Shown: positions 34,442-44,723 of the stretch, in pieces
Numbering within the stretch: the first letter of the stretch is position 1
How the letters are laid out: each line of letters starts with the position of its first letter
DNA from: Candidatus Gottesmanbacteria bacterium
GTDB lineage: Bacteria > Patescibacteriota > Microgenomatia > UBA10105 > UBA927
Length of the DNA: 64,000 nt
Reading direction: 5' to 3'
Assembly: GCA_963790805.1 (NCBI GenBank)
Contig: CAWBPL010000002.1
Span: 1,084,860-1,148,859, forward strand
Translations under genes and position numbers: made by a program
The notes under the pieces: generated by a model
Database searches by the model: none
What the model saw: the letters and a program-made list of their open reading frames with translations, nothing else
What the model was told of the DNA's origin: nothing

Positions 34442-35647
34442 ATGCAAAAGCACCAACCACTGCCACAAAAGGATATATTAAAGAGGCTAGCACCATTTTT
34501 TAAGGAATTATCCATTGGTAAATCAGGAAGCATCGTTGGAACGTATAAGTCCATAAAATCCGGACTTTTACTGTATATTTTGGGAAATCGTGCAGAGTTT
34601 AAAAAGCAGCTTCCGACAGATGCTATTATTGTATTTTTTGAACCAACGCTCTTAATTTCTGAAAACCCCTACTACTGGCTGCACCAATTGAGTATTGCTA
34701 TTTCGCAGACCGACAAAGATTACAAGCATACCGTGACCAATGATACTGCCGTTCTATTGGGAGCTTTGCAACAATACATTACATCGTTATCTGATATTGG
34801 AAAAAGACTTGTCATCATTTTTTATAAAATTGAACGGCTACATGATATCCCTGCTACAGCAGCAGAAGCCCTTATTACGTTGTATAGAACGCGGAAAATC
34901 GTTACTTTGCCTGCATGTTCCTTCTGGTTTCTCCTCGATGACATAGATCCTATGGAATTTAAGCCATCGGCCTTTTTGCAGAAGCTGACGTATCCTCTGT
35001 GCGAATCAATACTCTACTTCCCAGATTTTGACATTGAAGAAACTAACTACTGGATAGATATTTTTTCTCAAAGATATACTCTCGATATTGACGCTAAAAC
35101 AAGAAAAATGATTTACACCTACTGCGGAGGAAATTACTCCTTAATCTATGATGCATTTTTGATACTACAAAAAACCGGATTTACCGGGGATTGGCTCAAC
35201 GTCCTTGAAAATAACCCAATAATTACTGACTATTTGGAAGAGTATAGAAAAACCTTCAGTTTAGAAAATCAACGATTGATCATAAAATATGCAAAAGGGC
35301 AAGTATCTCGAGATTGTATTCCTATTATTACTAATCTGCACATTCATTCCAAACTTTTTTTCGACCACTGTGCTCATCTCACTGATGACTATATTGCCAA
35401 AAGTGGTATAAGTTTTTTTACAGGAAGAGAACTTCAACTATACGAATACTTGAAATCAAAGAAAAATACATTAGTACCAAAAGAAGAGATTCAAAAGCTT
35501 ATATGGAACGATACCTATGACGATTTTTCTCTCTGGGCTCAAGATAAAATGATGTCGCGGCTTAGAAGAAAACTTAAAATTGCTAATAAAGGAGAAAGTC
35601 TAGTCGTAGTAAAAAATAGAGGGGTAATGCTCTGGGGCGAAAGTTAG
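34442..35647 (+). CDS. ATPase-like N-terminal domain fused to an OmpR/CadC-type winged-helix DNA-binding domain
   Basis: C-terminal FTGRELQLYEYL....MSRLRRKL....VVKNRGVML (trans_reg_C-like). N-terminal IGKSGS and VIIFYKIERL are degenerate Walker-like motifs. Confidence 0.5.
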   Translation: MQKHQPLPQKDILKRLAPFFKELSIGKSGSIVGTYKSIKSGLLLYILGNRAEFKKQLPTDAIIVFFEPTLLISENPYYWLHQLSIAISQTDKDYKHTVTNDTAVLLGALQQYITSLSDIGKRLVIIFYKIERLHDIPATAAEALITLYRTRKIVTLPACSFWFLLDDIDPMEFKPSAFLQKLTYPLCESILYFPDFDIEETNYWIDIFSQRYTLDIDAKTRKMIYTYCGGNYSLIYDAFLILQKTGFTGDWLNVLENNPIITDYLEEYRKTFSLENQRLIIKYAKGQVSRDCIPIITNLHIHSKLFFDHCAHLTDDYIAKSGISFFTGRELQLYEYLKSKKNTLVPKEEIQKLIWNDTYDDFSLWAQDKMMSRLRRKLKIANKGESLVVVKNRGVMLWGES

Positions 35648-35853
35648 TAATTAAAAATCCACCATCCTTTTTCAATGTCGGGCTGTATATCTAATTATAC
35701 TATGAAAGTGTCCTAGACCATCCCGCTGAGCATACGCAGCACATCAAAAAATTTTTCCCTCGGACTAACAAAATGTTTCTTTGTGATCGCACGAGATGTG
35801 TATTTTAGCCATTGACTGGTATTTTCGGAAAAAAGTGGTAGAATTTTAGCGCT

Positions 35854-37044
35854 ATGACGCTCCTCATTGAAAAGGCATCTTCTGGCTATGGCGACCAGCG
35901 ACCCCCTATTGATTTGAGCTTTATTGAAAGGGCGGAAGGCATAGATCGTTTAACCACGATGGAAATTCCTGTTCTTTTGCCTGATCAAATGAAATTAATT
36001 ACCAAGGAAGCCATCATGGAACGCCAAGTTGAGCGCTTTGATCCCGATGAGGCCATAAAAGCGTTAGAACAAAACGAGGGTAAGAGGATCCTGACCATTG
36101 ACATGGGTGGTGATACGGTAAAAGAAGTTCCCTGGGTAATAAAAGACGGACGATTGGTCGTTGACCTTCAAAGAGGTGTAGCAACTGTGAAAAAGGAAGG
36201 CAAGGGAGCAAACTATATGCCTTTCTTTGAAGAAGTTGCGCGGCAGTCGAAGGTTGATGGACTTGGTGTCGCGATCTCTTACGGCGGTCCACTAGAGGGT
36301 ACTTCTCCTATGGATATTCCCAACGCGACGGATTTTCGTGATGCCCTGCGGGCTCGCTATGGGGGAGATTTTGCTGTGCTTTTTCCCGATTTACGAGCCG
36401 TGAATAATGATGCACAAGCGGGTATAAAAACAGCGGCTATAGTGGCGCGAAGGACGCTTATGCAGGACGGTAGATTGAAGAGGGACGGATCGATTATGTT
36501 TGCTATTAATGGCGGTGGATTCGGATTTGCATATCTTATGAGTAATGAACTGAGAGCAACAGAGCTCGGACACAGCCGGCTTATTGATCCTTTAAATCCT
36601 TATGGTCAGACAATACCCTGCGACGTGTTGGGAAGAACGTATGTTTGCCTTGAAAAAGTCGCCGCCAGCGGAGCCGGTGTGGAGACATTGTGGCGGAAAA
36701 TAACTGGCGAATTATTAGATGATGGAAAGGCAATCAGCCACAAGTATCAGGAGGGCGACCCGCTTGCACGGGAGATCTATGAATATTCAGCCCGTGTATT
36801 TGCGCACGGGTTGGTCGCAGTCGCCGACCTTGATAATCTTATGCAAAGTCCCCGCGATACAGTGCTCGTTTTTCATGGTGGCGGTTATAGAGTTCCAGGG
36901 CTTAAAGAGAGAATACTCCAGATAATCGGTAGGGAGAGAGGATTTCAGCCTCCGACGATGTTTACTGACGATATTAGCTTCAATGCGTGCGCGGAAGGTG
37001 CGGCAATCGCCGGTTTTTATAATTCTTCGCCTCAAACTCCATAA
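35854..37044 (+). CDS. ROK-family / ASKHA-fold sugar kinase-like protein
   Basis: DMGGDT, NNDAQAG, INGGGFGF, ELGHSRL, and the C..VC region. Confidence 0.55.
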   Translation: MTLLIEKASSGYGDQRPPIDLSFIERAEGIDRLTTMEIPVLLPDQMKLITKEAIMERQVERFDPDEAIKALEQNEGKRILTIDMGGDTVKEVPWVIKDGRLVVDLQRGVATVKKEGKGANYMPFFEEVARQSKVDGLGVAISYGGPLEGTSPMDIPNATDFRDALRARYGGDFAVLFPDLRAVNNDAQAGIKTAAIVARRTLMQDGRLKRDGSIMFAINGGGFGFAYLMSNELRATELGHSRLIDPLNPYGQTIPCDVLGRTYVCLEKVAASGAGVETLWRKITGELLDDGKAISHKYQEGDPLAREIYEYSARVFAHGLVAVADLDNLMQSPRDTVLVFHGGGYRVPGLKERILQIIGRERGFQPPTMFTDDISFNACAEGAAIAGFYNSSPQTP

Positions 37045-37182
37045 TTATTTAACCCGAGAAAAAGTTTTTTTGAATCGGGCGTTATTTAAATGCTACAGTA
37101 TTTGTCCCAAATTTTACGTCTCGTTCAAACACGGAAATCATGATACGATGGTAACAGTATTTTAGATCATAACTAACACTGT

Positions 37183-38409
37183 ATGAAGAAAAAAATTATC
37201 GGAATTAAAAAATGGTTTATGGCATTATCATGGAAAAGGAAGACGGTACTTATCGTTGTTATCCTTATTGTTCTTGGAATTATTGTGAAAGCCATTCGCG
37301 GAAGTAAACCGAATTATAGTTTTGATACGGTTACGCGCGAGACGATTACGGAAGTCGTGACGGAAACCGGCAATGTTGCCGTATCGGGTGAATATGATAT
37401 TCCCTCGCCTACCAACGGCATTCTGAGTGAAATTTATGTTAAAAATGGTGACACGGTAAAAGCTGGACAGAATCTTTTTAAAGTCACAAGCACCGCAACT
37501 CCTCAACAAAAAGCAGCAGCATGGGCTTCGTATGCAGCCGCCAAAAACGCACTCGACAACGCGAATGCCGGCCTTTTTAGCCTTCAATCGAATATGTTTG
37601 CCGCTTGGAAAATTTATACTGATATTGCGGAAAATTCGACATACCAAAATCCCGATGACAGTCCGAATACAAATAACCGTGTCTTGACGCCGTTTACCAC
37701 AGCGCAGGATAACTGGCTCTCGGCCGAGGCAAACTATAAAAACCAGCAAAGCGCAATCGCAAGCGCTCAGGCGGCTGCCACTACTGCCTATCTTGCCTAT
37801 CAGGCAACGCAGGATTCCATAGTAACTGCTCCCGTGGCAGGTTCTGTTCATAATTTAGACGGCGTGGTGGGTACGCTAGTTAGTGCAGTTGCTCAGGCAA
37901 CGGGTGCTCCTTCCTCCCCCGTCGTTATCATTTCAACCGGTCAGGCGCTGACGGTGAAAGCGGTTGTCAACGAAGTCGATATCAATAAAATTAAAGTTGG
38001 CGATACGGCAACTATAACCTTTGATGCAATTTTGGATAAAATCTTTAAAGGGAAAGTTATTCAAGCGGATGAATACGGGACGAACGTCTCGGGTGTTATT
38101 AACTACAATATATTTGCTTCGGTCGACGACGGGACCGAGCTTATCAAACCGGGTATGACTGCAAATCTGTCCATAGACACCAATAAACACGAGAATGCGC
38201 TGACAGTCGTAAATGCGGCAATACGCCCCTACAAAGGCTCCAAAGCAATTCAGATATTGGATAAACACGGGAAAGCGGTTTATATGCCGGTGACGACGGG
38301 TATTAAAGGAACTGACCGTACGGAGATTCTCTCGGGCGCGACAGCCGGCGAAAAAGTCATTATCGGCGGGACGACGACTTCATCAACAGCCACGCTTACC
38401 GGACATTAA
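37183..38409 (+). CDS. HlyD/MacA-family periplasmic adaptor protein
   Basis: N-terminal TM anchor, lipoyl-like and coiled-coil segments, beta-barrel C-terminus. Followed by an ABC ATPase and an FtsX-type permease. Confidence 0.75.
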   Translation: MKKKIIGIKKWFMALSWKRKTVLIVVILIVLGIIVKAIRGSKPNYSFDTVTRETITEVVTETGNVAVSGEYDIPSPTNGILSEIYVKNGDTVKAGQNLFKVTSTATPQQKAAAWASYAAAKNALDNANAGLFSLQSNMFAAWKIYTDIAENSTYQNPDDSPNTNNRVLTPFTTAQDNWLSAEANYKNQQSAIASAQAAATTAYLAYQATQDSIVTAPVAGSVHNLDGVVGTLVSAVAQATGAPSSPVVIISTGQALTVKAVVNEVDINKIKVGDTATITFDAILDKIFKGKVIQADEYGTNVSGVINYNIFASVDDGTELIKPGMTANLSIDTNKHENALTVVNAAIRPYKGSKAIQILDKHGKAVYMPVTTGIKGTDRTEILSGATAGEKVIIGGTTTSSTATLTGH

Positions 38410-39128
38410 TGGGAGCCGTATGCATGAAACACGAACCGCTTATTACATTCAAAAATATCACCAAAAACTATAAAACGGGTGATACCTTCTATGAGGCACT
38501 GAAGGGAATATCCTTTACGATCTATCAGGGAGAGTTTGTTGCAATCATGGGACCGTCCGGAAGCGGTAAATCGACGACCATGCATATTATGGGAGCATTA
38601 GATACACCTACGAAAGGCTCCTACATTCTCAAAGACAAAGACATCAGTAAATACAGCGATGACCAGCTTGCCCACATACGCAATCGTGAGATCGGATTTG
38701 TGTTTCAGGCGTTTAATTTGCTTCCACGAACGACAGTGTTTAAAAACGTGGAACGGCCCATGATGTATGCAAGCATTGCCGAAGGCGAGCGTAAAAAACG
38801 GGTTATGGAGGCGTTGAAACTGGTTCACATCGAAGATAAAGCGGAAAACCTTTCGAATAATATATCGGGAGGTCAGATTCAGCGGGTAGCAATAGCGCGG
38901 GCATTGGTTATGAATCCTGCTCTCATTTTGGCAGATGAGCCGACCGGTAATCTGGATAGTGTGACGTCTCATGAAATCATGGAATTTTTCCGCGAACTCA
39001 ATCGACAAGGGCACACAATCGTTGTCATTACCCACGAAAAAGATATCGCAGATTACGCAAAGCGTATTATTCATATTAAAGACGGGTTCATTGTATCGGA
39101 TGAAACCAATGGCAAACCAGCGAAATAA
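38409..39128 (+). CDS. ABC transporter ATP-binding protein (MacB/LolD-type)
   Basis: Walker A GPSGSGKST, Q-loop, signature ISGGQIQRV, Walker B ILADEPTGNLD. Confidence 0.85.
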   Translation: MGAVCMKHEPLITFKNITKNYKTGDTFYEALKGISFTIYQGEFVAIMGPSGSGKSTTMHIMGALDTPTKGSYILKDKDISKYSDDQLAHIRNREIGFVFQAFNLLPRTTVFKNVERPMMYASIAEGERKKRVMEALKLVHIEDKAENLSNNISGGQIQRVAIARALVMNPALILADEPTGNLDSVTSHEIMEFFRELNRQGHTIVVITHEKDIADYAKRIIHIKDGFIVSDETNGKPAK

Positions 39129-39134
39129 CACAGT

Positions 39135-40313
39135 ATGCAATTAACGGAAATTTTTCGAACCGCTATAACGGCGCTGCGAAGCAGCTTACTTCGCACGGCC
39201 CTTACGATGCTCGGTATCATCATCGGCATTACTGCGGTCATCCTCATCCTTATCATCTCTCAGGGTGCGACGGATTATATCAACGGGCAGTTTTCCTCAC
39301 TCGGGTCAAATCTTCTCATATTCGCCTCGACGGGTATTATTAATCTTACAACGGGTGACGTGAAAGCCTTGGGGGATCCCGGAGAAATTTCCAATGTTGC
39401 CGAAGTCGGCGCGCGCTTTGCTGGAAGTGAAACAGTATCAGCAAATGGTCAAAACAAATCCGTCTATGTGCTTGGAGTAAGCCCCTCGACGCAGGACATT
39501 CTCGGAGTTGTGATGGGCAGCGGAAATTATGTCGGTGATGATGATGAAGCGAATATTTCCCGCGTCGCAGTACTCGGACCAACAGTTCTTACTGATCTAT
39601 TTGGAGAAGGAGCCGATCCTATCGGAAAAACGATAGAGGTAGGGACGAAGCCGTTTCGGGTTATCGGAGTCACCGCATCAAAAAACAGCGAACTCGACGG
39701 ATCAATATATATTCCCCTTACGACCGCAATGCGCACGCTCTTTGGTGTAGATTATGTACAGGCAGTCTATGTCAATGTGAAGGATGCGCGGTTTTTGGAT
39801 CAGACAGAGGCGGATGCCAAGGCTCTTATATTTGAGCGTCATAGCATAACCGATCAATCCGTTAAAGATAATTTCGTCGCGACGAGTTCCCGCGATATTT
39901 TATCGACTATCAATAATGTGCTAGGTATCTTGACGGTCGTTCTTTCCGGTATTGCGGGCATATCACTGGTTGTCGGCGGCATTGGAATCATGAACATCAT
40001 GTTAGTTACCGTGACGGAGCGCACAAAAGAAATAGGACTTCTTAAGGCCATTGGGGCAACACGCAGAGATATATTGACGCAATTTCTTGTTGAATCCGTC
40101 ATCCTGACTGTTGCGGGGGGAGCAATTGGTATCTCACTCGGTATCGGCGTCGGATACCTTATAGCTCAGGGGGTGCATGTACCGTTTGGGTTGCCTGTCG
40201 TTCCCGTCATCGCTTCCGTGAGCGTATCTGTCGTTATCGGAATAGCATTTGGAAGTTACCCTGCCTATCGAGCATCGAAATTATCCCCGATTGATGCACT
40301 ACACTACGAATAA
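39135..40313 (+). CDS. ABC transporter permease (FtsX/MacB-type)
   Basis: N-terminal TM segment, large periplasmic domain, C-terminal FtsX-like 3-TM bundle (TERTKEIGLLKAIGA). Confidence 0.8.
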   Translation: MQLTEIFRTAITALRSSLLRTALTMLGIIIGITAVILILIISQGATDYINGQFSSLGSNLLIFASTGIINLTTGDVKALGDPGEISNVAEVGARFAGSETVSANGQNKSVYVLGVSPSTQDILGVVMGSGNYVGDDDEANISRVAVLGPTVLTDLFGEGADPIGKTIEVGTKPFRVIGVTASKNSELDGSIYIPLTTAMRTLFGVDYVQAVYVNVKDARFLDQTEADAKALIFERHSITDQSVKDNFVATSSRDILSTINNVLGILTVVLSGIAGISLVVGGIGIMNIMLVTVTERTKEIGLLKAIGATRRDILTQFLVESVILTVAGGAIGISLGIGVGYLIAQGVHVPFGLPVVPVIASVSVSVVIGIAFGSYPAYRASKLSPIDALHYE

Positions 40314-40335
40314 AATAGCCTATGGGCTGCACTGA

Positions 40336-41685
40336 TTAGTTTCTGTTGATGGTGTATGATTTTGCGTAATACAGGAAATCTGCGGGATCATCATCAACAA
40401 GACGACGCTGAAAATCCGCATAGATTTGTTTTCGTTTATCCGTATCTAATTCCTGACGGCCATCCTCAAGGAGTTTGTCTATTTTTACATTTGAGTAGCC
40501 GGTGATGTTGGTTTGCGTTTGCGTGGAATGCCAGAACGGGTATTGATCTGGGTCAGGTGGTAAATCTTGAGCGCTTAATAAAATATCGTAATTCGGCGGA
40601 ACACTATTGACAACTCTGACGCTCGTGACGATGCCAATAGAATTCCAGCTCGAGGCAATGGCTTGCGCAACATCGACGTATTGGGAAAATGTCGTAATCG
40701 TAAGTGCCGCCGACTGAGAAGATATTTTATCAGCAGTAATAAGTTTTTTTGCTTCAACCATATCGGTTGAGTAGTCTTTTACTTTATCGGTTGTATATGC
40801 CCATGAGGTTTTTGCAATTGGAGAATGGGCCATCTCACCGGTTAACTTTGGCACAGCGTATGATAATGCCTGTCGAACTGATTTGTCGGAGAGAACCTGG
40901 TCTGACATATTATAAAATAGAGTTACGATTCTGTTGTATCGCGTATTTTCCTCTATCGCTGTGCGACCCCATAAGTGAAGGTTGTACGGTGAGGTTAAAT
41001 CCTCAAGTCTATCAACTTCACCGAGTTTATAGGCAAGGACAGCTATTGCCTCTGTTGGATAAAACTGGTATTCAAGTGCTTTTGATTCATTTTTTGTTGG
41101 TTTAACCGGAACAAGCTTAAGGTAACTTACCAGATCGCCGTTTAAACGAATACTCGTTACTTTATAGTCGCCGAATCCATTAAGTCCCGGCTGAAAAAGT
41201 GGTTTGGAAAGAAGCGACGGGAAAGGACTATACGGATTATTGAGCTCTGCCTTAATCTTATAATCATCAAGCACAGTAAATGCAACGCTTTTGATATTGT
41301 AATTGATGTCGCGAGCAGTGACAGGTTTACCATCGTGCCACGTTAGATCTTTCCTCAGAAAAAAAATAAATGTTTTTCCGCTGTCTGTGGCCACCCACGA
41401 AGTAGCTAAGCCCGGCATCGGCGAACCGTCATCGGACATGGTTGTTAAGCCAAAACTGATTTTTCTCTGTATTGATGTCGGCAACGAATTTGGCGTAAAC
41501 TGGCCAACCATACCGATATGCTCGACAGGAGTCAGCCACTGTTGGGATATAAATGGGTACGCACGCCAAAATATAAGAGAGAGCGAAATTCCGGCGAAAA
41601 ATCCAGCGACCAGCGCTCGTGTATACTTTTGCGCCAGCTCAATGACGACTAAATAAAAGAGTCTCCAGCTTCGAAATGCGGTCAT
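40336..41685 (-). CDS. ABC transporter substrate-binding protein, family 5 (peptide/nickel type), membrane-anchored
   Basis: LTWHDGKPVTARDINYNI and the overall SBP_bac_5 pattern. No cognate permease genes are adjacent. Confidence 0.65.
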   Translation of the reverse strand: MTAFRSWRLFYLVVIELAQKYTRALVAGFFAGISLSLIFWRAYPFISQQWLTPVEHIGMVGQFTPNSLPTSIQRKISFGLTTMSDDGSPMPGLATSWVATDSGKTFIFFLRKDLTWHDGKPVTARDINYNIKSVAFTVLDDYKIKAELNNPYSPFPSLLSKPLFQPGLNGFGDYKVTSIRLNGDLVSYLKLVPVKPTKNESKALEYQFYPTEAIAVLAYKLGEVDRLEDLTSPYNLHLWGRTAIEENTRYNRIVTLFYNMSDQVLSDKSVRQALSYAVPKLTGEMAHSPIAKTSWAYTTDKVKDYSTDMVEAKKLITADKISSQSAALTITTFSQYVDVAQAIASSWNSIGIVTSVRVVNSVPPNYDILLSAQDLPPDPDQYPFWHSTQTQTNITGYSNVKIDKLLEDGRQELDTDKRKQIYADFQRRLVDDDPADFLYYAKSYTINRN

Positions 41686-41708
41686 AGAAAAGAACTTCGG
41701 CCATTACG

Positions 41709-41921
41709 TTAATGGATCAATAGGTTTATTATCGATGTAATAAAAAAAAGTACAGCAAGTACAATCGTCATGATAAATACGATGCGCTCGGCACCCCTTT
41801 TGCTTCTGTAAAATTCCCCCGCACCCAGGCCTCCAAGACCGCCCTTGCCATTTTGAAGCAAGATAAGTCCGATTAAACCGATGGCAATAATGATGTGGGT
41901 CAGTAATAAAAATAACTTCAT
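41709..41921 (-). CDS. secG: preprotein translocase subunit SecG
   Basis: 70 aa, two TM segments. LLQNGKGGLGGLGAG motif. Confidence 0.8.
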   Translation of the reverse strand: MKLFLLLTHIIIAIGLIGLILLQNGKGGLGGLGAGEFYRSKRGAERIVFIMTIVLAVLFFITSIINLLIH

Positions 41922-41922
41922 A

Positions 41923-42927
41923 CTATAAAGATTTGCTCACAAGGCTAATCAGGACTTGCGCCAATTTTTCGCTATCATGGCGGATGAGACTGCGTATTAG
42001 TGTATCGCTTTTAGCCTTCTGGGTAAACTGTCGACTTACGAGATCTGTGCGTATTATTTTTTGTGATGACGTGTCTTTTAGGTCGTCCTCGACGGGACGC
42101 TCGTGAGATTTTTCGTATGCCTCCAAAGCTTTCGGAGGAATTTTCGCGTTATTTACTATAACAGTACCTATTGTTCCCGTATATTTTTCAACAACGCGAA
42201 CGTGATCGGATGCACTATAGTTATATGTTTGACCGTATTTTGTCATCAGATTAACGATATATACTTTTTTCGCTTTCGCGTGCCTGATGGCTTTTGCTAT
42301 TTCATGAACAAGAAAATTCGGTAGTAAACTTGTATAGAGATCCCCGGGTCCTAAAACAATAAGATCTGCTTTAGATATCGCTTCAAGCGCTTCACTGTTT
42401 GCCTGTGCTTCGGGTTTTAAATAGACATCAGTAATTTTGAGTGTCCCATCATGCGACGGTTCATCAATAAGGTGTTCTTCCGTCAGAATATGGCCGTCTT
42501 CATAAACGGCATAGAGGTTTGTGTCGGTAAATGATACAGGTATGACGGTTCCCTGAATTCGAAGAACTCTTCCTGTTTGTCGAATCGCCTCTTGCTGTGA
42601 GCCCAAAATATCTGAAAGTGCAGCCATAAAAAGATTTCCGAACGTCATTCCTGAAATTCCTTTACCTTTTTCAAAACGGTACATGAACAATTTTCGAAGA
42701 AGCCCGACACCGCCATTTTCATCAGAAAGCGCAACCAGAGATTGGCGTATATCCGATGTCGGCAATAATCCGAATTCGTCACGTAAACGTTTATTACTCC
42801 CGCCGCTGTCACTCATCGTGACTATTGCGCTTAGATGGCACGCAAAATGTTTTAAACCTTTTAAAGCAACGAATGTTCCCGTTCCTCCGCCTATGCACAC
42901 GATTTTAGGAATATGTGTTTTATTCAT
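41923..42927 (-). CDS. yvcK: YvcK/CofD-family gluconeogenesis factor-like protein
   Basis: IVCIGGGTGTF N-terminus and LGPGDLYTSLLPNFLV motif. Confidence 0.8.
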   Translation of the reverse strand: MNKTHIPKIVCIGGGTGTFVALKGLKHFACHLSAIVTMSDSGGSNKRLRDEFGLLPTSDIRQSLVALSDENGGVGLLRKLFMYRFEKGKGISGMTFGNLFMAALSDILGSQQEAIRQTGRVLRIQGTVIPVSFTDTNLYAVYEDGHILTEEHLIDEPSHDGTLKITDVYLKPEAQANSEALEAISKADLIVLGPGDLYTSLLPNFLVHEIAKAIRHAKAKKVYIVNLMTKYGQTYNYSASDHVRVVEKYTGTIGTVIVNNAKIPPKALEAYEKSHERPVEDDLKDTSSQKIIRTDLVSRQFTQKAKSDTLIRSLIRHDSEKLAQVLISLVSKSL

Positions 42928-42932
42928 ATTGG

Positions 42933-43337
42933 TTAATCTTCACTGACATAATGCAATATGTCAGTAATTGTTGAAATACACAGTGATGTTACGACGAGTG
43001 CAAAAAAATACGACAGGTGCACTGAGGGTATTACAAATCCTGCCCATGATAATCCTGGAAACGTCCAGGGTTTTACCTGAATTTCTGGTACAAAAATGGT
43101 GAGTAAATAGATCACGATAACGTTAACGAGCCATGAAAGGAGCCCAAACGTAAGGATATTTATGGGAATAAACAAGATTTTAAGTATTGGAGCGACGATA
43201 AGCATAAGAAGACTCAAAATAAATCCTGAAAATAATATGGTTTGCCATCCCGCCGGGGCGACGAGCGCCGGCAACACTTGGCTTGTTATCCATAAAGCAA
43301 AGACATTAAATAAAAACACCCGAATCAGATGTTTCAT
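42933..43337 (-). CDS. small 4-TM membrane protein (DUF360 / holin-4-like family)
   Basis: 134 aa with four hydrophobic segments. The pattern resembles PF04020. Confidence 0.45.
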   Translation of the reverse strand: MKHLIRVFLFNVFALWITSQVLPALVAPAGWQTILFSGFILSLLMLIVAPILKILFIPINILTFGLLSWLVNVIVIYLLTIFVPEIQVKPWTFPGLSWAGFVIPSVHLSYFFALVVTSLCISTITDILHYVSED

Positions 43338-43391
43338 GTCTTGTAATGGTAGCAGATGTAATGAAGTCGGTCAAACTGCCCTGTGCCTGTT

Positions 43392-44723
43392 TCAGGGCTT
43401 CAGAAAAGCTTTTTTGCGAAGTAGTCTGTGGTATGAAAGGGCAAAACGATGAGATTCATCCCGAATTCTTTCTAAAATGTGCAGCGCCGAGCTTGTATAA
43501 GGGATGCGTAGAGTTTTCCATGACGTATTATATGGAACGATAATTTCTTCAAATCGTTTTGCGAGACCGATAATCGGGATATTTTTATACGCGAGAGGTA
43601 CCGCGGTGATGGCTGCGTTAACTTGACCTTTTCCCCCATCGATAAGTAACAAATCAGGAATCCCCCACTCTTCGTGTTCAAATCGTCGCTTCACGACCTC
43701 AAAGATCATGGCGAAATCATTCGGTGAGCCTTCCTGGCGTATTCGAAAACGTCGATATTGGCTTGTGTCAATGCGACCATCTGTTAATACAACAAGCGAA
43801 CCGGTTGCAAAGGAACCCTGTGTATTGGATATATCGATACATTCAATGCGATGGACCGATTGAATGGTACCGAAATACGGTTTAAGAACTTGTTGCAGCG
43901 CTAAGAGTTCGTTTTCCGTAATGTTTTCTAACGCCGAATTTGATTCTATGTAAACAGTTGGGTCATAGCTATTTCGCTTTACCATCCGCAAGGCGTCAAT
44001 ATGACTTTTCGTTTCTGCTGCTTCTTCGAAGCGTTGCTCACTCGCCAAGATACGCATATCTTTTTCCATGGCCGATAGAACGCGCGTAGATTTTCCGGAT
44101 AATATATCTTTAAGGCGGAATATATTGACTCTGTATGAATGAATAAGTTTATTTTTTGCTTCCGAATCTTCCATGCCGGAAATAACCGACGCACAGGGAT
44201 TACAAAGACGGAGGTGTGTATAAAAGCAAGGCGTACCGTTTCGCTGTTTTTGTAAACAATATGGAATGCTGTAGCGAAGCGTCCTCATAATCATTCGTGC
44301 AGATCGTGAGGACTGAAACGGTCCAAAAAGCGCGTCTTTGGGATGGTTTTTTTTCGGTAAATCACTCCGTCGTACAAAAAGAATTCTGGGTAAGATTTCG
44401 GATAGTGTTAACAAAATATAGAGCGGGCTCTTATCATCCTTGAGGACGACATTAAACTTCGGTGAATAATCATGGATAAGTTTTGCTTCGAGAAGTATTG
44501 CATCAAATTCACTTGCCGTTTTTATGGTTTCTATGGAGCATATCTGTGAAACGAGCAGATTCGTTTTTGCACCGACTGCATCATCTCGTTGAAAGTATTG
44601 ACTCACACGCCGTTTCAGATCTTTTGCTTTACCCACATAAATAACCGTGCCGTTTATGTCTTTGTAAAGATAAACTCCGGGTGCGTGAGGCAGGACGCGT
44701 ATTATTTCCGTCGGTGTTTCCAT
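43392..44723 (-). CDS. uvrC: excinuclease ABC subunit C (short form)
   Basis: GIY-YIG GVYLYKD..VIYVGKAKDLKRRV, a UVR-like helix, and C-terminal RIRDESHRFA. The protein ends about 20 aa after that motif, so no (HhH)2 domain is apparent. Confidence 0.85.
   Translation of the reverse strand: METPTEIIRVLPHAPGVYLYKDINGTVIYVGKAKDLKRRVSQYFQRDDAVGAKTNLLVSQICSIETIKTASEFDAILLEAKLIHDYSPKFNVVLKDDKSPLYILLTLSEILPRILFVRRSDLPKKNHPKDALFGPFQSSRSARMIMRTLRYSIPYCLQKQRNGTPCFYTHLRLCNPCASVISGMEDSEAKNKLIHSYRVNIFRLKDILSGKSTRVLSAMEKDMRILASEQRFEEAAETKSHIDALRMVKRNSYDPTVYIESNSALENITENELLALQQVLKPYFGTIQSVHRIECIDISNTQGSFATGSLVVLTDGRIDTSQYRRFRIRQEGSPNDFAMIFEVVKRRFEHEEWGIPDLLLIDGGKGQVNAAITAVPLAYKNIPIIGLAKRFEEIIVPYNTSWKTLRIPYTSSALHILERIRDESHRFALSYHRLLRKKAFLKP

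Noticed and set aside
37228-39140. Long minus-strand ORFs (207, 111 and 180 aa) inside the MacA/ABC ATPase genes
   Set aside because: They are antisense shadows of strongly supported plus-strand genes. Their Cys/Arg-rich, low-complexity translation is typical of the wrong frame.
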